From the NCBI RefSeq assembly GCF_028330985.1, contig NZ_JAQMUE010000030.1, forward strand, positions 33,704 to 57,703: 24,000 bases of DNA, read 5' to 3'. A program made the position numbers and the translations under genes. The notes beneath the pieces were generated by a model. That model had not been told where the DNA came from. It searched no databases and saw nothing but the letters and a program-made list of their open reading frames with translations. The stretch is from Roseofilum reptotaenium CS-1145 (GTDB taxonomy: Bacteria; Cyanobacteriota; Cyanobacteriia; Cyanobacteriales; Desertifilaceae). Below are positions 17,485 to 24,000 of this stretch, piece after piece. Each line of letters starts with the position of its first letter. Position 1 is the first letter of the stretch.

Positions 17485-17588
17485 ATGAACGTCAGTTTTG
17501 GTTAAGGGCGTTTTGCGACTGATTTGAGGAAGCAATGGGGATTACAGCCAACGAGAGAACAAGGGTTTCAGCTTATCCAAAACTGATG

Positions 17589-19331
17589 TTATTTAGAGTG
17601 TGAGTAGTTCATCATCAATTCCTCAATCACAAACTCCAACATTTGTCCTTGGGAACTGCCAAACTTAATTTTTTCCCCTGATTGTAGGGGAATTTCTTGC
17701 TGGTGAATTTTTTGCCAATTCCCTGCTCGTAATACCAAGGTTCCAAAGCGGGAAAAATCCCGTAACCAATAGGTGGGTTGTCCCTGATTCGACTCTAAAG
17801 GTTCCCGGCGAATAATTTCTGCGTGCCGCTGAGATACCCAGCGTTCGCTAATGACAATATCATTCTCTTCCCGTCTGCCCACTCGCATAAGTCCGCCATG
17901 AATCTGCCAAACCTGTGTTGTTTCTTCTACTGAACGTAAGGAGGCAATTGTGCGGGTTTGTTGATGCAAATTGACTGCTGTATCTGGTAATTCAGTAATT
18001 CCTTCCGGAGCAGGGACTAATAACTGTCCATCAAAATCTGGATGCATATATAACACCGGAAGTGTCCAGGATGGTTGATTATACTTGTAGAGTGTAATTA
18101 AGCGTTGCCGAGCTATAGCGGTAGCTTCATCGATGGGGAAACGCTTGGATAGGGCTTCAGCAAAGGCTTCAATGAAACTGAGCGCTTCTCGATCGGCGAT
18201 CGCCTCTCGCATTCCTAAAACTGCTGGTATCCCATGATGCAGTAGTACTTCCGCGAAACTACTACGAGGCAGGAGACGATGAGAGTCTCCATCTCTAGGA
18301 TCATCTACTTCCGTATCTCCCTTCGCACTCCAACAAGTATTCAAAACTGCCAACGTCACTTGTCCTCGAACCAAAACATTGGCAAATTCCCGGCCACTCA
18401 GGGTTGTTTCTGGCTGTAAATACAACAGTCCCCCATCCGGAGCCGGGACAGCATGGCCTCCATAAAACACAATGTTGTAGGTCTTCGTTTCCAAAGCCGC
18501 AATTAACTGTGCAGGAGTCGGTTGGATCAAGGTATCTACTTTACAGGGAACCGATGAAGTCATTAAACTGGGTAGGGTTTGATGGGGATCGGTACAATTT
18601 TCCAGAATTCGAGCTAAGGTTTCTGCTTCTGCTTCCAATTGCAGATCGCTCGGTGTACCCTCAAGCCATTCAGAACCGAAAGTACCCTGACCAACCGTTG
18701 CGCCAAAGACTAATAAAATATTCAGTTCCTGATCCGTTCGTTGCGGAGGAAGAGGATCGACATCACTGGTGGTACGACTAAATAACAGGGTAGGAGAAAC
18801 GGAAATGGCCTGTTTTCCCGCTTGAGATTGCATAATTTCCCAAGGTAAAGGAATTAGATCGGGGTCTCGGATATCGAGGCGGACTCGTAAGGGTTTATTC
18901 TGTCCTAAGGCAATGCCTTGACTTTGGGATAAACAGCTTTGAATGGGGCCATCAAAGACCCATTGCCACAAACTAATCCCCAATTGCTGCATTAACCGAC
19001 TACTATAAGACCCTTTTTCCTCTGGAGAAAAGGGTAAAGTCTCGAATTCTGTTGGATTAGACTCTACAGCCGGAATGGAGAGAGAATAGGAGGGTTGGGA
19101 GGGAATTTTAAATAAATCCTGCCATCCTTCCCAAGTGAGGCTGAGAGTATAGGGCCAAATACGGTCATGATGAGTATATCCTCCGGGATAGGAAGCCCGA
19201 ATTACCCAAATGGCAAAATGGGCGGATTGGTTTCTATCTGGAGAATGAGGTTTACCATTGCCATCAGATGGTGAACAAGCGACCAACCGGGTAATGGCAA
19301 TACTGAGACAAGGGCAGTCAATTGAAGACAT
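17589..19331 (-). CDS. CHAT-domain (caspase-like) protease fused to a C-terminal FHA domain
   Basis: CHAT entry motif PLRVRLDIRDPDLIPLPWEIM. Caspase-type His/Cys dyad in hydrophobic strands: NIVFYGGH(293)A and VTLAVLNTC(333)WSA. C-terminal FHA signature MRVGRREENDIVI...VSQRHAEI...LRDFSRFGTLV...LQSGEKIKFG, about aa 475-568. Confidence 0.85.
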   Translation of the reverse strand: MSSIDCPCLSIAITRLVACSPSDGNGKPHSPDRNQSAHFAIWVIRASYPGGYTHHDRIWPYTLSLTWEGWQDLFKIPSQPSYSLSIPAVESNPTEFETLPFSPEEKGSYSSRLMQQLGISLWQWVFDGPIQSCLSQSQGIALGQNKPLRVRLDIRDPDLIPLPWEIMQSQAGKQAISVSPTLLFSRTTSDVDPLPPQRTDQELNILLVFGATVGQGTFGSEWLEGTPSDLQLEAEAETLARILENCTDPHQTLPSLMTSSVPCKVDTLIQPTPAQLIAALETKTYNIVFYGGHAVPAPDGGLLYLQPETTLSGREFANVLVRGQVTLAVLNTCWSAKGDTEVDDPRDGDSHRLLPRSSFAEVLLHHGIPAVLGMREAIADREALSFIEAFAEALSKRFPIDEATAIARQRLITLYKYNQPSWTLPVLYMHPDFDGQLLVPAPEGITELPDTAVNLHQQTRTIASLRSVEETTQVWQIHGGLMRVGRREENDIVISERWVSQRHAEIIRREPLESNQGQPTYWLRDFSRFGTLVLRAGNWQKIHQQEIPLQSGEKIKFGSSQGQMLEFVIEELMMNYSHSK

Positions 19332-19384
19332 TTAAGAGCCTTGATATTACGGGTTGAGTGTATTCCCTTTCTTCTAGTTTATCG

Positions 19385-19487
19385 AATTGCTTGGACAGAT
19401 GGGGGGATTGGGGGATGGGGAGACGGGGATATGGAGACAGGGGGACGCACAGATACGGAGATTACTGATGACCCATTCCCCATAATT
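19385..19487 (+). repeat. Copy of the dispersed GGGGA/GGAGA-word repeat, containing a canonical G-quadruplex motif. It fills the spacer between the PP2C and CHAT-FHA genes
   Basis: G6 (19401-19406) ATT G5 (19410-19414) AT G4 (19417-19420) AGAC G4 (19425-19428), plus a fifth G5 tract at 19440-19444. Shares GATGGGGAGAC with 8096-8106 and GGGGACGCACAGAT with the reverse complement of 4173-4186. Confidence 0.55.
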
Positions 19488-21461
19488 TTACGGATTTATG
19501 GGACTGGGAGAGGGGGACAGTTGGACGGGTATAGCAGGAGAGTTTTGAAGGGTTGGCGATCGCCTCCAAGATGGTTCAAACAGATATAATGTCGCTCCCC
19601 CTAAAACCAATAAAATTGTCATTAAACTGACAATCCCCACTAATAATCGAGAAATAGAAACCGTTTGGGGCACAGAGTCTGGACTAGACTTCAAGTCCTT
19701 TTGGCCTTCTGGAGCGCCAACTGTGACCAATTGGGTTTTCATTGAGTTCTGGGCTGATTCTTTGGCGGGGAGATCGCCCGGAATAACGGGATTAAATAAT
19801 CTAGTTAAGGGCTTCAAGGTCGCATTCTGGGGTTTGACTTGATAATGGATCAGGCCGATGGTGACATTATCATGGCCATTGAGGGTATTGGCTAATTCGA
19901 CTAATTCAGCCGTGGCTGTGGCCAAATCTAATTTACCCTCCAAAATGGGTAAGAGTTTACTTTGCCAATGGTGTTCGACGCGATCGCCATCACTGAGTCC
20001 ATCAGAGCAAAGCAACACAATGCCATCCTCATCTAAAATTAATCGCCCCACACTAGGATGCAGGAGATTAGACTCACTCATTCCCAAGGCTTGCACCAGG
20101 GCACCAGCAGCCCGATGTTGGAGAGCGCCACGATATAAGGTATAACCTAGGCGCACTTCACGAGAAGCTAAATCATCATCTAAGGTCACCTGATGACATC
20201 CATGCTGGGTGATCCAATAGATCCGGGAATCTCCCACATGGGCAATATAGAGTTCATGGGCCTGCTCTACAGGAGGGGGAACAACTGCCATGACGAGAGT
20301 CGTTCCCATGCGTTGTCGTTCGTGACGATGCTCTTGGTCATTGCGATCGCTAATAACGGTATTCGCATGACGAATCAACTGATCGAGAAGATCGGTGATC
20401 TGATCGACCCGATCTGGGGGACTCTTGGCAGCAGAAAGCTTCTCCCAATTCAAAGAGGCCAAAATACTTTCGATCGCCTGTTGAGAAGCCACTTCTCCCC
20501 CAGCATGACCACCAATACCATCACAGACAATCGCACAGAGAGGATCAGACCCCTGAAATGACGAAATGCTTTGACCTGGGGAGGTTTGTAGGGGGTAACA
20601 AGCATCTTCATTATGGGAGCGACTGGGGCCCTTATCACTGGCGGTACATAGGCTAAAGTGGGTAGTCTGGGACTGACGACAATAGTGTAAGGCTCGATCG
20701 AGTTCGGCGATCGCCCGAGCCATGGCGAAGATGTGTCCTTCAGTCAACCCTTGAGCTAAATGTTGTAAAAAGCGATTAATCAGAGGATTGGCCTGTTTAG
20801 CCAAGAGTAACCACATTTGCCCTAACTGGGATAACTCAACTGAAGATGAGGGATCGGCCCGCAATTCTCGAATCCGTACCACTGGCCCTTCAACTCGCAA
20901 GAAGTGATGATCGAGTAGGGAATTGGCTACTCCCAAAACTTTTAATGGTTGCCACAGATGGGCAATTTGCCATAACCAATGCAATTGACGCATGGGAGAA
21001 GCTTTAGCCCATTGATCTTTGAGCGTTGGCATCAGTGCGGGGTTCAGAGGCGCTTGCTCTAAAAGGGATGGGTTGATCGGCGCTCCTTCGAGCAGTAGCA
21101 CAGGGGGTAAAGTCTGCTTTAGCGTTAAGAGTTCGTAGGGTTGGGGGACATGGAGTCGATAGGGAAAGAGTTTGAGATAGGTTTGCAGGGATGAGGAAAT
21201 TTCTGAGGGGATATGGGGGGGAACCCCTGGTTTCAGATCGAGGAAAATGTGGTTACCTTTGTAGAGATAGCGATCGCCCATTCGTTGTCCCGCTTCTAGA
21301 AAGTCCAAGGCGTGGCCTAAAGGTCGCAGATCGGGAGACGTTGCCCACAGATACCGCTTGACTAACCGAGTGCCGCAACTGTGGCAATCTTGACGATTTT
21401 CTGAGTTGACTTTCTGACAACTGGGATTGGGACAGTTAAGGAATGCGGTTTCGGTTGGCAT
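19488..21461 (-). CDS. Multidomain PP2C-family Ser/Thr phosphatase: N-terminal 4-Cys zinc ribbon, kinase-like non-catalytic region, PP2C domain, C-terminal TM anchor
   Basis: Zinc ribbon CPNPSCQKV...CHSCG. PP2C motifs SHNEDA, CDGIGGHAGGEVAS, MGTTLV, HVGDSRIY, LCSDGLSD, GHDNVTIG. TM segment ISRLLVGIVSLMTILLVLGGATLYLF. ATG 21461 has GAGGA about 6 nt upstream and is preferred over the track start at 21509. Confidence 0.85.
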   Translation of the reverse strand: MPTETAFLNCPNPSCQKVNSENRQDCHSCGTRLVKRYLWATSPDLRPLGHALDFLEAGQRMGDRYLYKGNHIFLDLKPGVPPHIPSEISSSLQTYLKLFPYRLHVPQPYELLTLKQTLPPVLLLEGAPINPSLLEQAPLNPALMPTLKDQWAKASPMRQLHWLWQIAHLWQPLKVLGVANSLLDHHFLRVEGPVVRIRELRADPSSSVELSQLGQMWLLLAKQANPLINRFLQHLAQGLTEGHIFAMARAIAELDRALHYCRQSQTTHFSLCTASDKGPSRSHNEDACYPLQTSPGQSISSFQGSDPLCAIVCDGIGGHAGGEVASQQAIESILASLNWEKLSAAKSPPDRVDQITDLLDQLIRHANTVISDRNDQEHRHERQRMGTTLVMAVVPPPVEQAHELYIAHVGDSRIYWITQHGCHQVTLDDDLASREVRLGYTLYRGALQHRAAGALVQALGMSESNLLHPSVGRLILDEDGIVLLCSDGLSDGDRVEHHWQSKLLPILEGKLDLATATAELVELANTLNGHDNVTIGLIHYQVKPQNATLKPLTRLFNPVIPGDLPAKESAQNSMKTQLVTVGAPEGQKDLKSSPDSVPQTVSISRLLVGIVSLMTILLVLGGATLYLFEPSWRRSPTLQNSPAIPVQLSPSPSPINP

Positions 21462-21727
21462 AGGAAATCCTCGCGCCTGTAAATGGAAAGGCAGTGTATT
21501 GCTCCACAACTGGGGTTCTGGCCCAATCCAGTTGTTCAGAGCATAGCAGACGGCTGCTTGGCTAGAGCGATAGATAGGAACACTACCTAATAAGCAAGCC
21601 GAAATAGATATAATTCTAGTTTAGTGAACGCACCCTTAGTTATTCATGTTTGGGGAAATAGCTGACAAGAACCGTGGGTTTGACTTATATTCTGCCCATA
21701 CAATCTTGCACGCTTTTCCCAAATTAT

Positions 21728-22651
21728 ATGACTATTTCTGCGACTCAAAGGGCCAATGATCCGGCTGATCCTATGGAATATCCGATCTGGAACTGGCGCG
21801 GATTTCCCATCCGTTATCAGAAAATGGGTCAAATAGGGCCAACGGTGTTACTGATCCATGGATTTGGGGGATCGGTGGATCATTGGCGTAAAAATCTCCC
21901 GGTTATGGGTCAATGTTGTCGCTGTTATGCCTTAGATTTAATTGGCTTTGGGGGTTCGGCCAAACCGACTCCAGGGGTGGAGGTTGAGTATAGATTTGAA
22001 ACCTGGAGCGAGCAAATTATCCAGTTTTGTCAAGAGGTGATTGGTGAGCCGACGGTATTGGTGGGGAATTCGATTGGCTGTATTGCTGTGATGCAAGCGG
22101 CTGTTGATGCTTCAGATTGGGTAGAGTCTGTCGTTTTGATCAATTGTTCTTTAAGGTTACTCCACGATCGCCGCCGAGAGAATTTACCCTTTTATAAACG
22201 GTATGGTGCGCCTATCGTACAACGGTTTTTGGGGATTCGGGCGATCGGTCATTGGTTTTTTGCCCAAATTGCTAAACCCAAGGTTGTACGACAGATTTTA
22301 CAAGAAGCTTATGGGCGATCGGAAGCCGTCACCGATGAATTAGTCGATTTACTGATGGCTCCAGCACTCGATCCGGGGGCAGCAGATGTCTTTATCGCTT
22401 TTACTCGCTATTCCCAAGGCCCCCTACCGGAAGAGTTGTTAGAAAGTCTCCCTTGTCCAGCGCTCATGCTCTGGGGAACTGAAGACCCCTGGGAACCCAT
22501 TGATGAGGGACGCAAGTTAGGCGAATTTCCAGCCATTAAACACTTTATTCCCCTAGAAGGAGTCGGTCATTGTCCCCAAGATGAAGCCCCAGAATTGGTC
22601 AATCCCCTCATCCTCGATTGGGTATTAGAGAACAGTGACCCGTTAAACTAA
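21728..22651 (+). CDS. Alpha/beta-fold hydrolase
   Basis: LLIHGFGGSVDHWR oxyanion region, nucleophile elbow GNSIGC (G-x-S-x-G), C-terminal GVGHCPQDE histidine. ATG 21728 is preferred over GTG 21674. Confidence 0.85.
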   Translation: MTISATQRANDPADPMEYPIWNWRGFPIRYQKMGQIGPTVLLIHGFGGSVDHWRKNLPVMGQCCRCYALDLIGFGGSAKPTPGVEVEYRFETWSEQIIQFCQEVIGEPTVLVGNSIGCIAVMQAAVDASDWVESVVLINCSLRLLHDRRRENLPFYKRYGAPIVQRFLGIRAIGHWFFAQIAKPKVVRQILQEAYGRSEAVTDELVDLLMAPALDPGAADVFIAFTRYSQGPLPEELLESLPCPALMLWGTEDPWEPIDEGRKLGEFPAIKHFIPLEGVGHCPQDEAPELVNPLILDWVLENSDPLN

Positions 22652-22702
22652 AGAGTGAATAACTCAGAAAAATGTCAACATATAGCAATAGCACAGGAAT
22701 AT

Positions 22703-23302
22703 ATGTATCGGGTTTACGGAGATAGGCTCTCAGGTAACTGCTATAAGGTTAAGTTACTGATGAATCATCTAGATATAGATCATGAATGGATAGAGATCGA
22801 TATCTTACAGGGAGAAACGAAAACGAATGAGTTTCTGAGCAAAAATTCCAATGGAAAAATTCCTCTTCTGGAACTCCCGTCAGGACAATATCTTTCTGAG
22901 TCTAATGCCATTCTCAATTATTTAGCCCATGGAACCCATTATTTATCGGATGACCCTTGGGAGCGAGCAAATATTTTGCAATGGCAGTTTTTTGAACAAT
23001 ATAGTCATGAGCCGTATATTGCCGTAGCCCGGTTTATCGCCAAGTATCTGGGACTACCAGAAGAGAGACGAGCAGAATATGAAGCGAAACAAGAAGGGGG
23101 GTATAAAGCACTCTCTGTTATGGAGCAGCAATTATCAAAAACGGATTTTCTCGTCAATGGTTCTCTAACGATCGCAGATATTTCGTTATACGCTTATACC
23201 CATGTAGCTGATGAAGGAGGATTTGATCTTTCTGAATATCCTGCTGTTCGAGCATGGCTCGATCGCGTGTCAAGTCATCCCCATCATCTTACAATGTCTT
23301 AA
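22703..23302 (+). CDS. Glutathione S-transferase family protein
   Basis: Thioredoxin-like N-domain (YRVYGDRLSGNCYKVKLLM...NGKIPLLE...LSESNAILNYLA) and a helical C-domain. ATG 22703 is preferred over GTG 22655. Confidence 0.85.
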   Translation: MYRVYGDRLSGNCYKVKLLMNHLDIDHEWIEIDILQGETKTNEFLSKNSNGKIPLLELPSGQYLSESNAILNYLAHGTHYLSDDPWERANILQWQFFEQYSHEPYIAVARFIAKYLGLPEERRAEYEAKQEGGYKALSVMEQQLSKTDFLVNGSLTIADISLYAYTHVADEGGFDLSEYPAVRAWLDRVSSHPHHLTMS

Positions 23303-23401
23303 TCGTCTCTATAGAAGGGAAAAGTCGCGATCGCTAAACTATCTGCGTAGATTGCATGGCAAGTGGGAAAATAAACCTTCAATTGGTACAACTGAGGCAC
23401 T

Positions 23402-24000
23402 ATGCACACTCGTCAGCTCAATTTATTTGACCGCCTCACCTTTCCAGATCATCAATCCTGGTTATGTTGGCTCCATAATCTATTACTAAAACCAGAAAAG
23501 CCACCTGATGGCCCAGTTATATTAGATTTATTTGCCGGTTGTGGAGGATTAGCCTTGGGATTTGAAGTCCAAGGATTTCGCACCTACGGTTTTGAGATCA
23601 AGCCCTACGCTGTAGCCAGTTACAATATGAACTTAGCTGGCCAATGTGTAGAAACGTGTCTATCAGTGGGTTTACCAGAAGTAGAAGCCGACGTAATTAT
23701 AGGTGGCCCTCCTTGTCAACCCTTTAGCCAGATTGGTTATCAACGCGGTAAACGTGATATTAGAGATGGTTTTCCTATATTTCTGGATGCCATCCATCGA
23801 ATTCAGCCTAAAATTGCAATTCTGGAAAATGTGAGAGGTTTACTCTATCGCAATAAGAGCTATTTGAGGCAAGTTCTGGCAGAATTAGAACGATTTGGCT
23901 ATCAAGTTGATGTCAAGCTTTTGAATTCTCTTGAGTATGGTGTTCCGCAAAAACGGCAGAGAGTGATGATAGTGGCCTCTCGTGTGGGTTGGTCTTGGCC
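23402..24000 (+). CDS. dcm: DNA (cytosine-5)-methyltransferase, 5' part only, continuing past the window end
   Basis: Hand translation from ATG 23402, with an in-frame TGA 9 nt upstream. Motif I is ILDLFAGCGGLALGF, motif IV is GGPPCQPFS, motif VI is ENVRGL, motif VIII is QKRQRV. The gene is not in the ORF track because it has no stop in the window. Confidence 0.9.
   Translation, partial: MHTRQLNLFDRLTFPDHQSWLCWLHNLLLKPEKPPDGPVILDLFAGCGGLALGFEVQGFRTYGFEIKPYAVASYNMNLAGQCVETCLSVGLPEVEADVIIGGPPCQPFSQIGYQRGKRDIRDGFPIFLDAIHRIQPKIAILENVRGLLYRNKSYLRQVLAELERFGYQVDVKLLNSLEYGVPQKRQRVMIVASRVGWSW

Noticed and set aside
18404-18781. 125-aa plus-strand ORF inside the CHAT-FHA gene
   Set aside because: It is an antisense shadow ORF. 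The minus-strand frame carries the CHAT dyad and FHA motifs.
19341-19589. 82-aa plus-strand ORF (GGIGGWGDGDMETGGRTDTE...)
   Set aside because: It is a translation of the G-rich intergenic repeat that runs into the antisense of the PP2C gene 3' end. It is low complexity with no start context.
19858-20638. ORFs 19858..20145(+), 20193..20561(+) and 20450..20638(-)
   Set aside because: They are alternative-frame or antisense shadows within the PP2C domain coding region.
17589-21461. Type VI secretion-style Fha/PppA threonine-phosphorylation pathway, or a TerY-P-type triad
   Set aside because: No T6SS structural genes, no vWA/TerY protein and no active Ser/Thr kinase are present in the window. 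Here the FHA domain is fused to a CHAT protease, which is a different architecture.
23211-23489. 92-aa plus-strand ORF bridging the GST 3' end and the methyltransferase 5' end
   Set aside because: It is out of frame with both well-supported genes and crosses the intergenic spacer.
23402-24000. Absence of HIP1 sites in the methyltransferase fragment as evidence of horizontal acquisition
   Set aside because: At about one HIP1 per kb, zero sites in 600 bp is not statistically meaningful. Composition cannot be judged reliably by eye on such a short piece.

Overview
The window is a chromosomal segment of a cyanobacterium. By eye there are about two dozen copies of the HIP1 octamer GCGATCGC, roughly one per kb. 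The gene set fits: Calvin-cycle gap2, murC-murB, cobQ, obg, msrB, prxQ/bcp and ybaB. Most of the window is ordinary housekeeping coding sequence with short intergenic spacers and several hairpin terminators between convergent genes. I saw no rRNA, tRNA, CRISPR array, transposase or integrase.

Four things stand out. (1) A same-strand gene pair at 17589-21461. The upstream gene encodes a membrane-anchored protein with a zinc ribbon, a kinase-like region and a PP2C phosphatase domain. The downstream gene encodes a caspase-like CHAT protease fused to a C-terminal FHA phosphothreonine-binding domain. A textbook G-quadruplex motif lies in the 156-bp spacer between them. This is my best candidate for an uncharacterised system, namely a phospho-regulated protease switch. 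(2) A large AAA+ ATPase (4202-6169) whose ATPase module looks, from memory, like the Afp15/Pvc15 type of contractile injection systems, yet no injection-system structural genes are in the window. (3) A loose dispersed family of purine-rich GGGGA/GGAGA-word intergenic repeats, plus a dispersed perfect-palindrome hairpin. (4) A DNA cytosine-5 methyltransferase that runs off the right edge.

A 51-codon DUF2256-type zinc-ribbon gene at 67-222 (minus strand) is missing from the ORF track. All functional calls rest on motif recognition by eye and recalled family consensus, not on database searches.
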